This document shows positions 45,184 to 59,373 of a stretch of DNA of 64,000 bases, in pieces. The stretch lies in the NCBI RefSeq assembly GCF_009914755.1, contig NC_060925.1; one strand, 5' to 3'. The notes beneath the pieces were generated by a model. That model was given only the letters and a program-made list of their open reading frames with translations, was not told the origin of the DNA and did no database searches. This stretch comes from the human T2T-CHM13v2.0 reference genome, Homo sapiens. The translations under genes and the position numbers were made by a program. The stretch's first letter is position 1, and each line of letters begins with the position of its first letter.

Positions 45184-47809
45184 GTATAAAGAAATTTAGA
45201 AGCAAATGACTCATGAATCTAGAAAAACAATTAACAGCTACATATCCACAACTACTAACATTCAATACTCTTGTTGTTTGGAGACCTGAGAAAGACAGAC
45301 AGCAAAGGCTAAAATAGAATGGGAAGTTGACTGATCTGGTCACTTCCTGTATAAACTTTTGAATGTAAGCAGCAGGTTGATTTTCCATGCCTTCTTCTCT
45401 TACAGTTCAATTTAGTGTGGGTGATAAATGGGAGATAAACAGAGGATAGTGAGGTTGTGCCTATTCTTAGGAAGAAGATACCTTTCAAGTTAAGATTCAA
45501 GACTTTACGATGTGATTAGAAGGTTTTCTAGATAGTTCTGAAGCAAAATCATGAAGCTGTAGGAGGAATACTTTTATATAGCATCATTCATCCTTGTTAG
45601 CAACCCAAATGATTAAAGGTTTGGGAAATTACACCTTTAAATATGGTCTAAAGGAACTGGGTTTATTTAGTTTAGAGAAAGCAAGCAAGCACGCTGAGGG
45701 GGACTTAATCATAGTCTCCAAAAATATGAGGGATATTCTCTGAGTGATGGAAAGCAGCTGTTTCCTGTTTCCACTAAGGACTGGATAAGAAGAATGGAGT
45801 TAACATGCAACAAGTGGGTTAAGAAATCTTTGGCCATGAAGTTCAAGACAACAAATCCACCAGACAAAAGTCGCTACTGTGTTTGAGAATTATGTAGCTA
45901 ACTAACTGTATTTCTTGGGTGGTTTATATGTGGCCTGTTCATGAGTCTGGAGCTAGTGAAAAAGATCCAGAGGACCTTTCACCCAAGTGAGAGGATGAGA
46001 TTGTCTGTTTTCTGAGCCTACCAGTGCTCTGTGGTTGAGGAAGCTCTTATCGTAGTTCTCCTAGTAGGATTTAAAAGAGAAAAAGCTTCAGAGTCTCTTT
46101 GCTGCTCTTTGAACTCTTTCCAAGTAAGATAATCTAAATGTACTCCTTTTCTATAAGGTGGAAGATTTATATAGATTTGGCATTATGTGTCTTTTCTGCT
46201 TATTTGGTCGATATGGCCATAATTTTTAAAAATTCTGTGTCTTTAGTGAAACTGGACATATATATACACACATATATACATGTATATGTATGTATATGTC
46301 ATAGACATTTGACATGTATATCATAAGTAATTAATTCAGCAATGGAGACAATGTTTAGTTCTAGGTAGTATGTCTAAATGTTAGCTATGTGAATAAGATA
46401 ATACACTGTGCTAATTAGCAGCACAGAAATATGCAAAGCATTTTGTAAAAATGCACTGTTGCAGATTAGCTAGGGGAAGAATTTAGAGACAAAACGATGA
46501 GTTCTGTGAATGTTACCAGTTTTTAGTCAATGAGGCAGATCAGAATGCCTGAAAACTGCTTCTCAACCATTGTTTTTCTTATTCCTGTTCCATAGTAGGT
46601 TAATTATACCATTTATTCAGAATTAGATAAGTGATGTCTTACTTTCCCAACTGGGAGTATTTTCAAGGCAAGGTTTGATTCCTAGGAGATGGACTGCTAT
46701 TAAGCTGTATCTTTAAAGCTGTAGCTTTATGCCAACATCCATTGTGTATACGTTCCACTATCTTATATTTTCATCTTGTACCAGCATTTATTTTAATCTT
46801 ATTTAAAAATCTTTGCCTCTGTCATTGAATGTTTTCTTGACTCAATAACTTGTTTGGCCTTTAAAAATCCAGCACTGAAGTGGGAAAATGACTCAGGATT
46901 GAGTTGGATCATCTCTTCACACTTGTTCACTGGGAGGCATTGGGCAAGTTAGTTAACCTCCTTGAGTTTGCTTCCTTAATCTACCCTACAGGAACATTTT
47001 GAGGATTAAATAAAATAAAATAATGCATGCCAAGCCCAGAGCATAGTGTACCCAGCCCTCAAGTCATGTTTATCTGCTTTCTTTAATTCGCAAAGAACAT
47101 TTCTTACCTATCATAGAGCCATTGTTGCCTCCACATTCTCTTCTTTTAGTGGAGGTTTTGGACCACAGGGGCAGATCTGTAGAATAAGTCTTGTGTAAAA
47201 TTCATGAGGGCACCCAAGGGTCTAATTGTATGAATCTCCTTCCTTTTCTATATTTACTTAATCCAGAAAAAAGTCTACCATTATGGCAAGTATTTTAGGA
47301 AGCGTCTGTTGCCAAATTACCTGAAACAAATCATGTACACACATGGAAGGAAAGTACATTTTCAGATGAGTGGAAAGATGATGCATTTTTGTTTTACAAG
47401 GTTTAAAGGATAGTTAATAAATCTTCTAGATACTGAAATAAACATTTAATAGATATTGATTCAATTGAGTGCTATGGTTTGAAACGATATCAAATTGAAG
47501 ACATGATCCCTGACCTGGGAAGTTTTATGAATTTGCTGGAGAGACCAAGCCCATAGGTATGGAATGACCACAAAACAGAGTAGTACAAAAATCCGGAAGA
47601 GTAGTACAAAAATGACAGCTTGAACCCCTAAGTACTGAGGAAAGGCAGCATACAGGGTTTCAGTAGGGATTTACTATAGTAGACTTAGAATCATGATTTA
47701 GTTCCTAAAACCACTATCATTTCAAAATAGAATTTTTTTAAAACCACCTAAAATATTCACTTCCTTTCGAAACCTAGGAACATACTACAGTTGCGCTTTA
47801 CTCATTTGA

Positions 47810-48139
<330 letters not shown>

Positions 48140-48857
48140 TGAGATAAATACATCTTCCTAAAGCCTCAGTGTTTAGGCTGGTTTGCTTTCAGATATTCAT
48201 CTATGCACCATACCAAACTACTTCTGCTGAGATTCATTCTGAGTCTGCAGGGGATGGAATACCTTTATAAATCATAACAAATCACATTAAGAGTAAAATA
48301 TCCCAGCTAGGGACTTACCTCAAAAGCTGAGGCATGACACATATTTTAATGGCAATGGATTTGGAAACCAAGGTTAGGACCGTTCTTTCTTTATTAGAAG
48401 GAGATTTATAATTCAGGGCCTTTGAGAGTGAGCCTGGGTCCTCTGAACTGGACTTCTCCTCTTGTCCCTTCCTGTACCCCAACTCCCCAAATTAAATAAG
48501 TAGGGAAGCAGAACAAGAAAACCATTAACTTAATAGCATAGAATTTATGGCTGAAATCTTGCAAAGCTTATGTCAGCAAAGTAAAATAATTACTGTCACT
48601 TTCTTTTAGACACTTGGCTTTATGGTTCCTGTCACCTTTATCATAACATGCAGCTGATTTAGTAGCTATTTTTTCATGGCAAATAGCCTGGTGTTGTGTT
48701 TTTATGCATGTGACCATGCAATTGAGATGACAATGCATGGCTATACTACAGTAGAGCTAAATTTAGGTAATGAATTAGAACACTGTTAATAGTTTTGGTT
48801 TAGTCATGCTGTCAGAATGCCAACTCAGCCTTTTCTCTTGCTCTTTTTCCCCTCCAG

Positions 48858-48990
48858 ATTCTCAAGTCCAAAGATTTAACATCTCCAACCCAGCGCTACA
48901 TCGACAGCAAAGTTGTGAAAACAAGAGCAGAAGGCGAATGGCTCTCCTTCGATGTAACTGATGCTGTTCATGAATGGCTTCACCATAAAG
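48858..48990 (+). CDS. TGFB2: TGF-beta 2 coding exon 3 (133 nt)
   Basis: cctccag acceptor; [44 protein letters not shown]; AAG|gttaca donor. Confidence 0.98.
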
Positions 48991-49103
48991 GTTACAAGCC
49001 ACTCTCTCTTTTCCTCCCAAGATGTTCAGTATCCCTAAGTTACTTTAAATTGATTGCAGATTTAAGGGTATAGACACACATACAAATGACCTCCTTGACT
49101 TAA

Positions 49104-49244
<141 letters not shown>

Positions 49245-50690
49245 TGAGGTGGGGGAGGGAAGGGTCTATATTGATAATCTCATGGGGGATAAAATCAGTT
49301 TGCATGTGAAAATGAGACTGGTAAGGCCTGGGGAGTTTCATTCATTTGGACAGTGATATGGTTGGATATACATATGTGAAGGGAGAAAGGATTGGAAGAA
49401 CGGAATAGGTTCCCAGTTTATAATTCTCAATGCCCAGTGATGACTTGGTCAATAATAACTGATTAACTCATTAACCCTCCAGTAGTAAGTTAAGGCCTTT
49501 GTTCTTCATTGTAGCAAACCAACTTTCCATCTATACTGATATTATAGAGAAAGATAGAATGTGTTTAAGAAAATTCATTGATAATCCCCCAAACCAAATG
49601 TCAGGAACTGACAACCGTATTTCACAGAAGAAAGGAGTCTCCTCCTGCTACAGCTTCCATAACTAACCTTCCATGTATAAGAACATTCCACCTTTTCTAG
49701 TCCATACCCAGTATTTCAAGTGGGTTCCTTATCAGAATTTTATATTAGTTTATAAACACATAAAAATGTTTTGGCTTTCCCCACGCTTACCTTTAAGTAA
49801 GTTGGACAAAAGTCATGGAGAGTGAGGCGATACCAAGGGCTCAAGTCACTTCATGTATTAGATGATGAGTTGTTGGATGATGAGAGGTGAGAGGAAATCC
49901 ATGCCTATGTGCCGATACAGCATCTGCCCACAATGCCAGGCCAGAGAATTGATTTCCCTGCCCTCCTAACATCACCCAGGACCTCCATCCACTTTTAGAA
50001 GACTACAGCAGCCCTTGCTCATGGAAAAATACTCCCAGAGGTCTAGAGATTTATTTCAGTCTCTAACCTAGTCATGATTCTCTGGAGTGTGGAGATTAAA
50101 TGCTTAAACTGGCAGTCTCTTGAGCATGCTTTGGGGAGCTCAAGTTTCTAAATCTCAGATGGAATCAGGAAAGTGTTGAGGATGCCATAAAATAAATGAA
50201 AAAGCCCTTTCTTCACAGCTTCCCAAAATAGCATTAGGTAAGGGTGACTTCTGTTTCACTTGAACCTAATTCACTCCAATTCAGTTAAGTCTCAGTTTAT
50301 GTTCATTAGGAAAGTCTTTTGAGTTTAGTAGTCTTAGGAAGAGTGTGAACCAGCGGGTGACAAGGCATGTTCTATTGCCATGTGTTCAGTTGTTGAGGGC
50401 TTGAACGCAGCCTAAACTGAGGATTGACTAAAATAAACTGCCTAGATTGCCCTTGGACTATAGGTCAAAGACTGCTTCTGTAGTGACTTTCATAACCAAC
50501 AGCCCTGGCTTTGACACCGAACTGCCTTCTGACAAGAGCCCCATTTAGAAGTGTTAATTGTCACGTGGGTTAGTCGTAGTCCTGTTGTGCCATATCTATT
50601 TCCATGGGGAATAACTGTTGCCAGCTGATGCTGCTTTGGTGGTCATCACTGCTATTTGTGACAATATACAAAGGAAAAAAATATGGCTGA

Positions 50691-50924
<234 letters not shown>

Positions 50925-52073
50925 TAAAGGAAAGAAAAGTAAAACCAAGTAATTGCATCTGTTAACTCTTAAACTGCCTTTGCCCTTTCTTTTACTGTGT
51001 ATTGACCCAAGTGGAACTCACTGCTAAGGCCAGATAGAGTGCAGTACAGCTCCTGTGTCTCATAATACCATTCTTCCCAGAGGCTTATATTCATCAGGTC
51101 TTTAGCAGTGAACCAAGTGTGAAGGGAGAAAACTAGCCCCCTGAATTTTTTCCCCAAAATTCCTCTGAAGTTCTTTGGTGCTGAAGAAGAAAACAAGCTC
51201 TCTGCTCCTCAGAACAAATAAAAGCTTATTTGAGGTGTGTGATGTCAACTCCTTAATTAAGAAAGACCCACCATCTGGATGATGCCTTCATCCTCACCAA
51301 GTCCAAGTGCTGATAGTCACACTTCTTTCATAGTAACAGAGATGAGACAGCAGAAGAATGCCGTGTGTCACACCTTTAGCAACAGCATATGAGAGAAGCA
51401 AGAAGAATTTATTTCCCATTCCCACATGAGTGCATGGAGGGAGAATGTGAATGTTCTTATGTGGTCTCAGTAAGAGGAGGGCTCTTTCCTTATTTTGAGA
51501 GGTACAGGACAGGGAAGGGTCCTCACTGATGAAGTGCTCAAAATGTCAGAGGCCATGAGTAAAGTGGCACTTTTTGGTTGCCAGATCCAGTGGTTGCCCT
51601 CAGCAAGACTCCATGTTTCTTGATCTCTGGTTCATTCCTAGATCAGAGAACATGTGGTGAAACAAAGGATCAATTCTCAAAGGAAAATGCCTTAGATGGT
51701 TGTTTGAAAATTGCTGTTGTACTTCTTTCATTTTATATTTGAAAGGGCAATAGAGGCTGGATGGCAGAACTGCCCAGTGTTGATTGGAAAGGGCTTCATC
51801 ATGCCCAGCCACTCTCTGCTTATATCTGGTCATCTGAAGGTAAATGTATGATTTTCCAGGTCACAGACAAGGAAGTCAGGGTATAGAACTCATAAGGGCA
51901 AGTAGTCCAGCAAATCACCACCACATACAACACCCTATCATGAAAGTCACTTGAGATTACAATAAAGCCATTAAAACCTGGCCCATGATATTTGCTCATT
52001 AGATGTTTGTTGAATAAATGAATGAATCATTTTTCTGGTTTGGGGTGAGGTGGTGGTAGAGTGAGGGTGGTGA

Positions 52074-52325
<252 letters not shown>

Positions 52326-52408
52326 TGATAGTATTTCCAAATGAGTTGTAATTAACCTCGTGCTGTCTTACCATCACACATGTATGGGTACTGGAGAAAA
52401 ATCTTTCA

Positions 52409-52472
52409 TTAGGTTGGTGCAAAAGTATTCGCAGTTTTTGCCATTGAAAATAATGGCAAGAAACTCCCCTAA
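52409..52472. mobile_element. MADE1 mariner MITE, right arm partly deleted
   Basis: ttaggttggtgcaaaagtattcgcagtttttgccatt...aatggcaagaaac...cctaa. Confidence 0.85.
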
Positions 52473-52610
52473 TAGATGAGGAGGAAGAATGTTAACTGTA
52501 GGTGAAATCAGAAAGTGACACTGATCGGTTACAAACCATAAGTCTCACCTGCCCAGTTATTAACAACTGGAGGGAAGTTTTGTTTACTTTTTTCTTTATT
52601 TTATATTCTT

Positions 52611-52957
52611 TTTCAAAAACAATTTTTATTGATACATAATTGCATATATTAATGAGGTACATGTGATATTTTGATACATGTATACAATGTGTAATGATGA
52701 AATCAGGGTAATTAGGATATCCATTGCCTCAAAAATTTATCATTTCCTCATTTGGGGAACATTCCAGATCATCTCTTCTAGTTACTTTAAAATAGACAAT
52801 AAATTATTGTTAACTATAGTAACCCTACTGTGCTATAAAACATTAGAATTTATTCCTTCTATCTAACTGTATTTTCATACCTATTAATCAACTTCTCTTC
52901 ACCCTTAGCCTGTTCCCAGCCTCTGGTAACCATCATTCTACTCTCTGCCTCCATAAG
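52611..52957 (-). mobile_element. L1MA 3' end
   Basis: gtacatgtgatattttgatacatgtatacaatgtgtaatgat...cagcctctggtaaccatcattctactctct; TSD ttttatattctt. Confidence 0.88.
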
Positions 52958-53601
52958 TTTTATATTCTTAACAGCTATAAGCATAAATAGCCAAGAAAAC
53001 ACCCTTTTTAGAATCAATATGTCACATAGTATCATATATAGATAAAGTGTGAAGGGACCCAGGTCTCCATCTAAAAAAAAAATCTGCTATCATCTCCATC
53101 AGAGACTGTTATATTAGAAAGAACATTGGGGATTTCAGTTAATGCCTGGGAGTGTGTGATTATTAGTAAATACACTATCAATTTACTAATGTATGACAGA
53201 ATGTAATTTAACATCTCTAAACCTCAGTTTCTTATCAGTAAGAAGGAATGTCTGTATTAAAAGTTATCTTTAAAATAATAATGCCAAACTCAAGAGTTGA
53301 TATGAAGTACGAAAGATGATATACATGAAAATGACTTGAAAATTCGTTTCTCTACTTTTTTTTTAATGTAACACAAAGTAAATGAGAATCTGAGTATTTT
53401 ATCAAGTTGTTTCAATGAAGACAGAGTTGATTCAGAAGGTAATTCCCAGATTGGATGGTATGAGTTTCCGGCAAGATTAGAGAAGAGTTTTTCTATGTAA
53501 TAATGATATTTGTTCACATGCTTCCTCTTGATGGCTCATCAGGATTTTAGAGATAGAAAGGACATCTTATCCAACGCTTTCATTTTCTTAAAGAAATTGG
53601 G

Positions 53602-53901
53602 GACCGGGCGCAGTGACTCATGCCTGTATTTCCAGCACTTCGGGAGGCCGAGGCAGGTGGATCACGAGGTCAGGAGTTCAAGACCAGCCTGGTCAAGATG
53701 ATGAAACCCCGTCTCTACTAAAAATACAAAAAAATTAACCAGGCATGGTGGCGGGTGCCTGCAATCCCAGCTACTCGGGAGGTTGAGGCAGAGAATCGCT
53801 TGAACCCAGGAGGCGGAGGTTGCAGTGAGCCGAGATCGCACCACTGCACTCCAGCCTGGGTGGCAGAGTGAGATCCTGTCTCAAAAAAAAAAAAAAAAAA
53901 A
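53602..53901 (+). mobile_element. AluSg-like
   Basis: Full dimer; TSD aaagaaattgggg. Confidence 0.95.
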
Positions 53902-55190
53902 GAAATTGGGGTCTAGATCATGTAGTCTAGATGATACCCAAAACCAAACAGAAAATTAGTGACAAACCAAGGCTTGGCATGCAGGCCTCCTTGTTTTATA
54001 ACCAGGCCTCCATTTGCTCTATCTTAGTGGGTTTAATTCCTAAAATATGGTTACACGTTAGGGTTTCTATTCTGCTCTTTATGCCTCTGTAAATCTCCCT
54101 ATTAAAGAAGCATTAGAAAAATTGCCTTCACTGCAGGGTAGGAAAATGGATCAGCTGCCAAAAAAGATCACATACTACATTCAGCTGAATTCATGAGTTT
54201 GGGGGTTATCAATTATTTTAGACAATCTGTATTATAAAAATTCCTCTTTAGTTCATATGAAAACTCATGTGTTCAGGGAGCATAAAGTATATTTATTTAT
54301 AAATACCTACATATGCTGGAATTTAAATTGACAAATACGGCTCCTCTTCCTTCAGCTGTTTTCCCAACTCCCCTGTAGACTTTGGCACTCGGGGGCGACC
54401 GTGTGCTTGGCCATGTGAGGGAAGCTTGCTCATGCCTGTCCCTTTGTCTGAGCTCTCTGGCCAGGCTGCCTCCTCTGGGCTGCGGCAGCAGTAGCTGTAA
54501 TGTGGGCAAGGCCCTGTTGCCAAGTAGAAACATAATTCTCCTCTCTGATACACAGAGGGAGTGTGTGAAGGCTGAGACCATGCTTGTTTTTCAAGGAGAG
54601 AGGAAGAATAACTGTCATGGTCACAAATATGTGGTTTGGACAGTTACCCAAGAAGCCAGAGGTAGCTTAATAAAGTAGTCAGTGTTGCTGTGCTGAACAG
54701 ATCTTCTGTCTTAGGCTGAAAAAATTGCAGTGAATCTCGAGGAAAAGGTCACTTGCTGTTTGACTAACACATTAATGGCATCCTTGGAAATGTCTCTGTA
54801 TCATCAGTGGGGAACCTACATACTTCCATTAGTAAAAGTCTCACACCCCTCTGATACAGAATGGGGTTGAAGGTGTAAGGCTAATTATAGAACCGTCTCT
54901 TCATTCTGTTTTCAGACTTGCCATTAACTCCTCCAACTCAGCAACTACCATTTACCGCATAGGTTAGTGGAGGGTTGATTATGATTGTGATTATGATTAT
55001 GATCGTTTTAAGCAAAATGTAAGAAAGTGAATAATTATTTCTTATAGGAGATCTTAGAGATCACTTTTATGTCATTTCTAGCATCACTGTGTTTATGAAG
55101 CAATGGTAAAAAAACAGGCTTTTTTTTTTTAATGAAAATTGAGGATACCTTAAATTGGCCTGAGGAGACACTTAACGTAGAAAGATTTCA

Positions 55191-55322
55191 TTTCCTTCCT
55201 TCCTTATTTATTTATTTAAAGAAACAGGGTCTGGGTCTGTTGTCCAAGCTGGTCCTGAACTCCTACACTCAAGTGATCCTTCAAAGTGTTGGGATTACAG
55301 GCGTGAGCCACCGTGCCCAGCC
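55191..55322 (-). mobile_element. FLAM/Alu left monomer
   Basis: Single arm; TSD gtagaaagatttca at 55177-55190 and 55324-55337. Confidence 0.88.
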
Positions 55323-55914
55323 TGTAGAAAGATTTCACATTGCATACAGGTGTCTTTTTCTATACCCAAAGGTAGATTAAAGCTCTTATGAGAGCTTTGA
55401 TAAAACTTTTTATTCTTCTACTTATTCATGTATTCATTTCTTCACTTAGTACATGAATCTCATTTTGTCCAGAGAAGACTTACTAGGGCCACAAGATAAA
55501 AGCAAAGTCTGTAGAGTTCCTGATCTGGAGGGAGCTCTTAATCTAGATGGGATTGAAATGTATACTCAAGAAACAACTTCATTTACAGAGTAGTGTAGAA
55601 ATAAGACCAAATGCTATAAGGATCAAGTTTTGTGGGGACCTAGGATGTATGTGCAGCCAAGCACTGATCAGAGGAAAGACTTACTGGAAAAACCGGGAAA
55701 AATCTGTTGAATGAGCAATTTTTTCCAATCTGACTCTTACAGAATCATTTGCTTAAGATGTGTGGAAAACGAGTTCCGTGTGGGAAAATAATGACTTTGG
55801 TGATTGCTAAGGTCACATATCAGTTTGACTGTAATTTAGGAAATTAGCAACCAAAAATAATTTTAAATTGCCTACTCAGTGCTGTGACTGCTAACAATGT
55901 GGAATTCTTTTTAA

Positions 55915-56136
<222 letters not shown>

Positions 56137-56162
56137 AATTCTTGGAAAAGTGGCAAGACCAA

Positions 56163-56209
56163 AATGACAATGATGATGATAATGATGATGACGACGACAA
56201 CGATGATGC
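56163..56209 (+). repeat. (GAT/GAC)n trinucleotide tract in the proximal 3' UTR
   Basis: aatgacaatgatgatgataatgatgatgacgacgacaacgatgatgc. Confidence 0.85.
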
Positions 56210-56244
56210 TTGTAACAAGAAAACATAAGAGAGCCTTGGTTCAT

Positions 56245-56252
56245 CAGTGTTA
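56245..56252 (+). promoter_or_regulatory. miR-141/200a 8mer site
   Basis: CAGTGTTA; second AGTGTTA at 56436-56442; TGFB2 is an established miR-200a/141 target. Confidence 0.8.
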
Positions 56253-56450
56253 AAAAATTTTTGAAAAGGCGGTACTAGTTCAGACACTTTGGAAGTTTGT
56301 GTTCTGTTTGTTAAAACTGGCATCTGACACAAAAAATGTTGAAGGCCTTATTCTACATTTCACCTACTTTGTAAGTGAGAGAGACAAGAAGCAAATTTTT
56401 TTTAAAGAAAAAAATAAACACTGGAAGAATTTATTAGTGTTAATTATGTG

Positions 56451-56480
56451 AACAACGACAACAACAACAACAACAACAAA
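56451..56480 (+). repeat. (CAA)n tract in the 3' UTR
   Basis: aacaacgacaacaacaacaacaacaacaaa. Confidence 0.9.
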
Positions 56481-57399
56481 CAGGAAAATCCCATTAAGTG
56501 GAGTTGCTGTACGTACCGTTCCTATCCCGCGCCTCACTTGATTTTTCTGTATTGCTATGCAATAGGCACCCTTCCCATTCTTACTCTTAGAGTTAACAGT
56601 GAGTTATTTATTGTGTGTTACTATATAATGAACGTTTCATTGCCCTTGGAAAATAAAACAGGTGTATAAAGTGGAGACCAAATACTTTGCCAGAAACTCA
56701 TGGATGGCTTAAGGAACTTGAACTCAAACGAGCCAGAAAAAAAGAGGTCATATTAATGGGATGAAAACCCAAGTGAGTTATTATATGACCGAGAAAGTCT
56801 GCATTAAGATAAAGACCCTGAAAACACATGTTATGTATCAGCTGCCTAAGGAAGCTTCTTGTAAGGTCCAAAAACTAAAAAGCCTGTTAATAAAAGAAAC
56901 TTTCAGTCAGAATAAGTCTGTAAGTTTTTTTTTTTCTTTTTAATTGTAAATGGTTCTTTGTCAGTTTAGTAAACCAGTGAAATGTTGAAATGTTTTGACA
57001 TGTACTGGTCAAACTTCAGACCTTAAAATATTGCTGTATAGCTATGCTATAGGTTTTTTCCTTTGTTTTGGTATATGTAACCATACCTATATTATTAAAA
57101 TAGATGGATATAGAAGCCAGCATAATTGAAAACACATCTGCAGATCTCTTTTGCAAACTATTAAATCAAAACATTAACTACTTTATGTGTAATGTGTAAA
57201 TTTTTACCATATTTTTTATATTCTGTAATAATGTCAACTATGATTTAGATTGACTTAAATTTGGGCTCTTTTTAATGATCACTCACAAATGTATGTTTCT
57301 TTTAGCTGGCCAGTACTTTTGAGTAAAGCCCCTATAGTTTGACTTGCACTACAAATGCATTTTTTTTTTAATAACATTTGCCCTACTTGTGCTTTGTGT

Positions 57400-58780
57400 T
57401 TCTTTCATTATTATGACATAAGCTACCTGGGTCCACTTGTCTTTTTTTTTTTTTGTTTCACAGAAAAGATGGGTTCGAGTTCAGTGGTCTTCATCTTCCA
57501 AGCATCATTACTAACCAAGTCAGACGTTAACAAATTTTTATGTTAGGAAAAGGAGGAATGTTATAGATACATAGAAAATTGAAGTAAAATGTTTTCATTT
57601 TAGCAAGGATTTAGGGTTCTAACTAAAACTCAGAATCTTTATTGAGTTAAGAAAAGTTTCTCTACCTTGGTTTAATCAATATTTTTGTAAAATCCTATTG
57701 TTATTACAAAGAGGACACTTCATAGGAAACATCTTTTTCTTTAGTCAGGTTTTTAATATACAGGGGGAAATTGAAAGATATATATTTTAGTCGATTTTTC
57801 AAAAGGGGAAAAAAGTCCAGGTCAGCATAAGTCATTTTGTGTATTTCACTGAAGTTATAAGGTTTTTATAAATGTTCTTTGAAGGGGAAAAGGCACAAGC
57901 CAATTTTTCCTATGATCAAAAAATTCTTTCTTTCCTCTGAGTGAGAGTTATCTATATCTGAGGCTAAAGTTTACCTTGCTTTAATAAATAATTTGCCACA
58001 TCATTGCAGAAGAGGTATCCTCATGCTGGGGTTAATAGAATATGTCAGTTTATCACTTGTCGCTTATTTAGCTTTAAAATAAAAATTAATAGGCAAAGCA
58101 ATGGAATATTTGCAGTTTCACCTAAAGAGCAGCATAAGGAGGCGGGAATCCAAAGTGAAGTTGTTTGATATGGTCTACTTCTTTTTTGGAATTTCCTGAC
58201 CATTAATTAAAGAATTGGATTTGCAAGTTTGAAAACTGGAAAAGCAAGAGATGGGATGCCATAATAGTAAACAGCCCTTGTGTTGGATGTAACCCAATCC
58301 CAGATTTGAGTGTGTGTTGATTATTTTTTTGTCTTCCACTTTTCTATTATGTGTAAATCACTTTTATTTCTGCAGACATTTTCCTCTCAGATAGGATGAC
58401 ATTTTGTTTTGTATTATTTTGTCTTTCCTCATGAATGCACTGATAATATTTTAAATGCTCTATTTTAAGATCTCTTGAATCTGTTTTTTTTTTTTTAATT
58501 TGGGGGTTCTGTAAGGTCTTTATTTCCCATAAGTAAATATTGCCATGGGAGGGGGGTGGAGGTGGGAAGGAAGGGGTGAAGTGCTAGTATGCAAGTGGGC
58601 AGCAATTATTTTTGTGTTAATCAGCAGTACAATTTGATCGTTGGCATGGTTAAAAAATGGAATATAAGATTAGCTGTTTTGTATTTTGATGACCAATTAC
58701 GCTGTATTTTAACACGATGTATGTCTGTTTTTGTGGTGCTCTAGTGGTAAATAAATTATTTCGATGATATGTGGATGTCT
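57400..58780 (+). ncRNA. TGFB2-OT1: Approximate region of the 3' UTR-overlapping lncRNA TGFB2-OT1
   Basis: Recalled annotation of a sense transcript within the TGFB2 3' UTR; the only sequence support is AATAAA at 58750; boundaries cannot be derived here. Confidence 0.35.
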
Positions 58781-59354
58781 TTTTCCTATCAGTACCATCA
58801 TCGAGTCTAGAAAACACCTGTGATGCAATAAGACTATCTCAAGCTGGAAAAGTCATACCACCTTTCCGATTGCCCTCTGTGCTTTCTCCCTTAAGGACAG
58901 TCACTTCAGAAGTCATGCTTTAAAGCACAAGAGTCAGGCCATATCCATCAAGGATAGAAGAAATCCCTGTGCCATCTTTTTATTCCCTTATTTATTGCTA
59001 TTTGGTAATTGTTTGAGATTTAGTTTCCATCCAGCTTGACTGCCGACCAGAAAAAATGCAGAGAGATGTTTGCACCATGCTTTGGCTTTCTGGTTCTATG
59101 TTCTGCCAACGCCAGGGCCAAAAGAACTGGTCTAGACAGTATCCCCTGTAGCCCCATAACTTGGATAGTTGCTGAGCCAGCCAGATATAACAAGAGCCAC
59201 GTGCTTTCTGGGGTTGGTTGTTTGGGATCAGCTACTTGCCTGTCAGTTTCACTGGTACCACTGCACCACAAACAAAAAAACCCACCCTATTTCCTCCAAT
59301 TTTTTTGGCTGCTACCTACAAGACCAGACTTCTCAAACGAGTTGCCAATCTCTT

Positions 59355-59373
59355 AATAAATAGGATTAATAAA
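59355..59373 (+). terminator. Distal polyadenylation signals (two AATAAA)
   Basis: AATAAA at 59355-59360 and 59368-59373; downstream tctggttgtcttgctttgtct GU-rich element. Confidence 0.8.

Noticed and set aside
47577-47613. Two-copy repeat agagtagtacaaaaat (similar case at ~44826-44855)
   Set aside because: Ordinary slippage duplications; no array or spacer structure
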